A stretch of DNA of 15,977 nucleotides, from the NCBI GenBank assembly GCA_964565125.1, contig CAZMCX010000011.1:1-15977 (forward strand), in the 5' to 3' direction. Positions within the stretch are counted from its first letter, which is position 1; each line of letters starts with the position of its first letter. The position numbers and the translations under genes are program-made. Below, piece after piece: positions 15,134 through 15,977 of this stretch. This stretch comes from an uncultured archaeon (GTDB taxonomy: Archaea; Iainarchaeota; Iainarchaeia; Iainarchaeales; 0-14-0-20-30-16). The notes beneath the pieces are model-generated. The model did not search any database and was not told the DNA's origin. It saw nothing but the letters and a program-made list of their open reading frames with translations.

Positions 15134-15394
15134 ATGTCTGGAAGAATATTTGTTTTAAGTTTTACAGGAAAGCCATTAACACCTTGTAAACCGGGCAAAG
15201 CAAGAAAGTTAATTTGTGGAGGGGTAGCAAAAGTAGTTTGGAACAAGTTTGGAGAATTTGGAATACAAATGTTAATTCCAACAAGAAGAGCTTGTAGATT
15301 TGATAATAGAAAAAGAGATGGATTTATTGCACCATCACAACTGATGATGGTTCAAAGCAGATTAAAAGCAATACAAGAACTTTTCAACTATTGA
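15134..15394 (+). pseudogene. IscB/IsrB-like (RRXRR / PLMP-domain) OMEGA-family nuclease, N-terminal fragment: PLMP domain fused directly to the RF.NR.R..PS segment, with no RuvC-I
   Basis: MSGRIFVLSFTGKPLTPCKPGKARKLICGGVAKVVWNKFGEFGIQML matches the recalled PLMP-domain consensus (vfVl...GkPLMPc.parAR.LL..GkA.vv...PFtIQL), which in IscB begins at the protein N-terminus. RRACRFDNRKRDGFIAPSQL matches the recalled RF.NR.r..gWL.PS block. GAAGGT lies 10 nt upstream of the ATG at 15134. The ORF ends in TGA at 15392-15394. The ORF track extends it upstream to a TTG at 14894. Confidence 0.6.
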
Positions 15395-15908
15395 AGTTGG
15401 TAAAAATATGATTAAAGCATTTATTATTGGAAAAGTTGGTAGAGATAATTATATTACTTTTGAAGGATTTGAAACAGGACAGGCAAGAGAAAAAAGAGAA
15501 TTAAAAAAGTCTTCAAAGAAAGCTTTAGAAACTTTTAACTCTCATTGTGTAGACAGCTTTTCAATAGCTTCTGAATTATCAAATGCAGAACCAAATTTTA
15601 ATATTAAAATTGTTGACGACACTTACAGACCAACAAGAAGAAAGTTACATGATACTCAGCCAAAGAAAGGAAATATAAGAAAAAAATATTCAACAGGAAA
15701 TTTTAAAGGAATAAGAAAGGGAACAATCTGCGAGTTCGGACAGATTGTTGGTGGAACTAAAAATAATGTCTGGATTAGAAATTCAGATAACAAAAGGATT
15801 GGTAAAGATATTAAGAAAATTAGTTGGTTATCTCATAATTTTAAACTAAAGGAGGGCTCAATTCCCCCAACCAATAAATTGGGTGGTATCCTTGAGCAAG
15901 TTTTATGA
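15366..15908 (+). pseudogene. IscB/IsrB-like nuclease, C-terminal fragment in a different frame: candidate RuvC-II Glu region, RuvC-III H..D, and a TID-like C-terminal domain; no HNH
   Basis: This frame is open from 15366, with the first ATG at 15408. STIEVGKN (candidate RuvC-II Glu) lies upstream of that ATG. SHCVDSFSIAS resembles the RuvC-III H..DA motif. RPTRRKLHDTQPKKGNIRKKYSTGNFKGIRKGTICEF...VWIRNSDNKRIGKDIKKISWL resembles the IscB C-terminal target-interaction domain pattern (basic stretch, GF..gD.V, G.v.vR.sG, i....l.ll). No Cys-pair or HNH motif is present. Confidence 0.6.
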
Positions 15909-15977
15909 AAACAAGATCCATAGCACTATTAATCTTTTTTCTGTTTTTGTTTATATCTTTCTCGTTTTCTCTAGATA
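15905..15977 (+). CDS. 5' end of a secreted or membrane protein (signal-peptide-like N-terminus), running off the window
   Basis: The ATG at 15905 overlaps the upstream TGA in an ATGA junction. Translation is MKTRSIALLIFFLFLFISFSFSLD: a basic n-region, a hydrophobic core and a small-residue c-region. Only 24 codons are visible. Confidence 0.45.
   Translation, partial: MKTRSIALLIFFLFLFISFSFSLD

Overview
AT-rich, tightly packed archaeal chromosomal segment. The gene content (long-form Hef, FEN-1, family-B DNA polymerase, type-2 MetAP, archaeal-style tRNA-Arg with no encoded CCA) and the small AT-rich genes suggest a DPANN-like or similar small-genome archaeon; the lineage is inference only. 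Genes use either Shine-Dalgarno motifs (GGTGAT, GAGGTGA, AGGTGG) or look leaderless behind A/T-rich TATA-like spacers. Minus strand, left part: Hef, then a mazE/mazF toxin-antitoxin pair, then FEN-1, then an uncharacterised PRTase-like protein, all nearly abutting. Middle: an orphan helical protein, an MFS transporter, tRNA-Arg(GCG), a mono-cluster ferredoxin, an AlkD-family DNA alkylation repair protein, Dus, a polytopic membrane protein and AdoMet decarboxylase. Minus strand, right part: a PolB / MetAP / SAM-methyltransferase string. Most unusual is the right end (14865-15908). Two adjacent ORFs in different frames together look like a decayed or minimised IscB/IsrB-type (PLMP/RRXRR, OMEGA-family) RNA-guided nuclease gene. 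It lacks HNH, appears to lack the RuvC-I/bridge-helix segment, and is split by a frameshift at a T4 run. An atypical, hairpin-rich, stop-free ~270-nt region precedes it and could be an omega-RNA-like scaffold. Other points worth a second look: non-canonical residues at two conserved PolB active-site motifs, a TA module wedged between Hef and FEN-1, and a small hairpin/repeat family around the tRNA and ferredoxin genes. All homology calls were made by eye from motifs; no searches were run.
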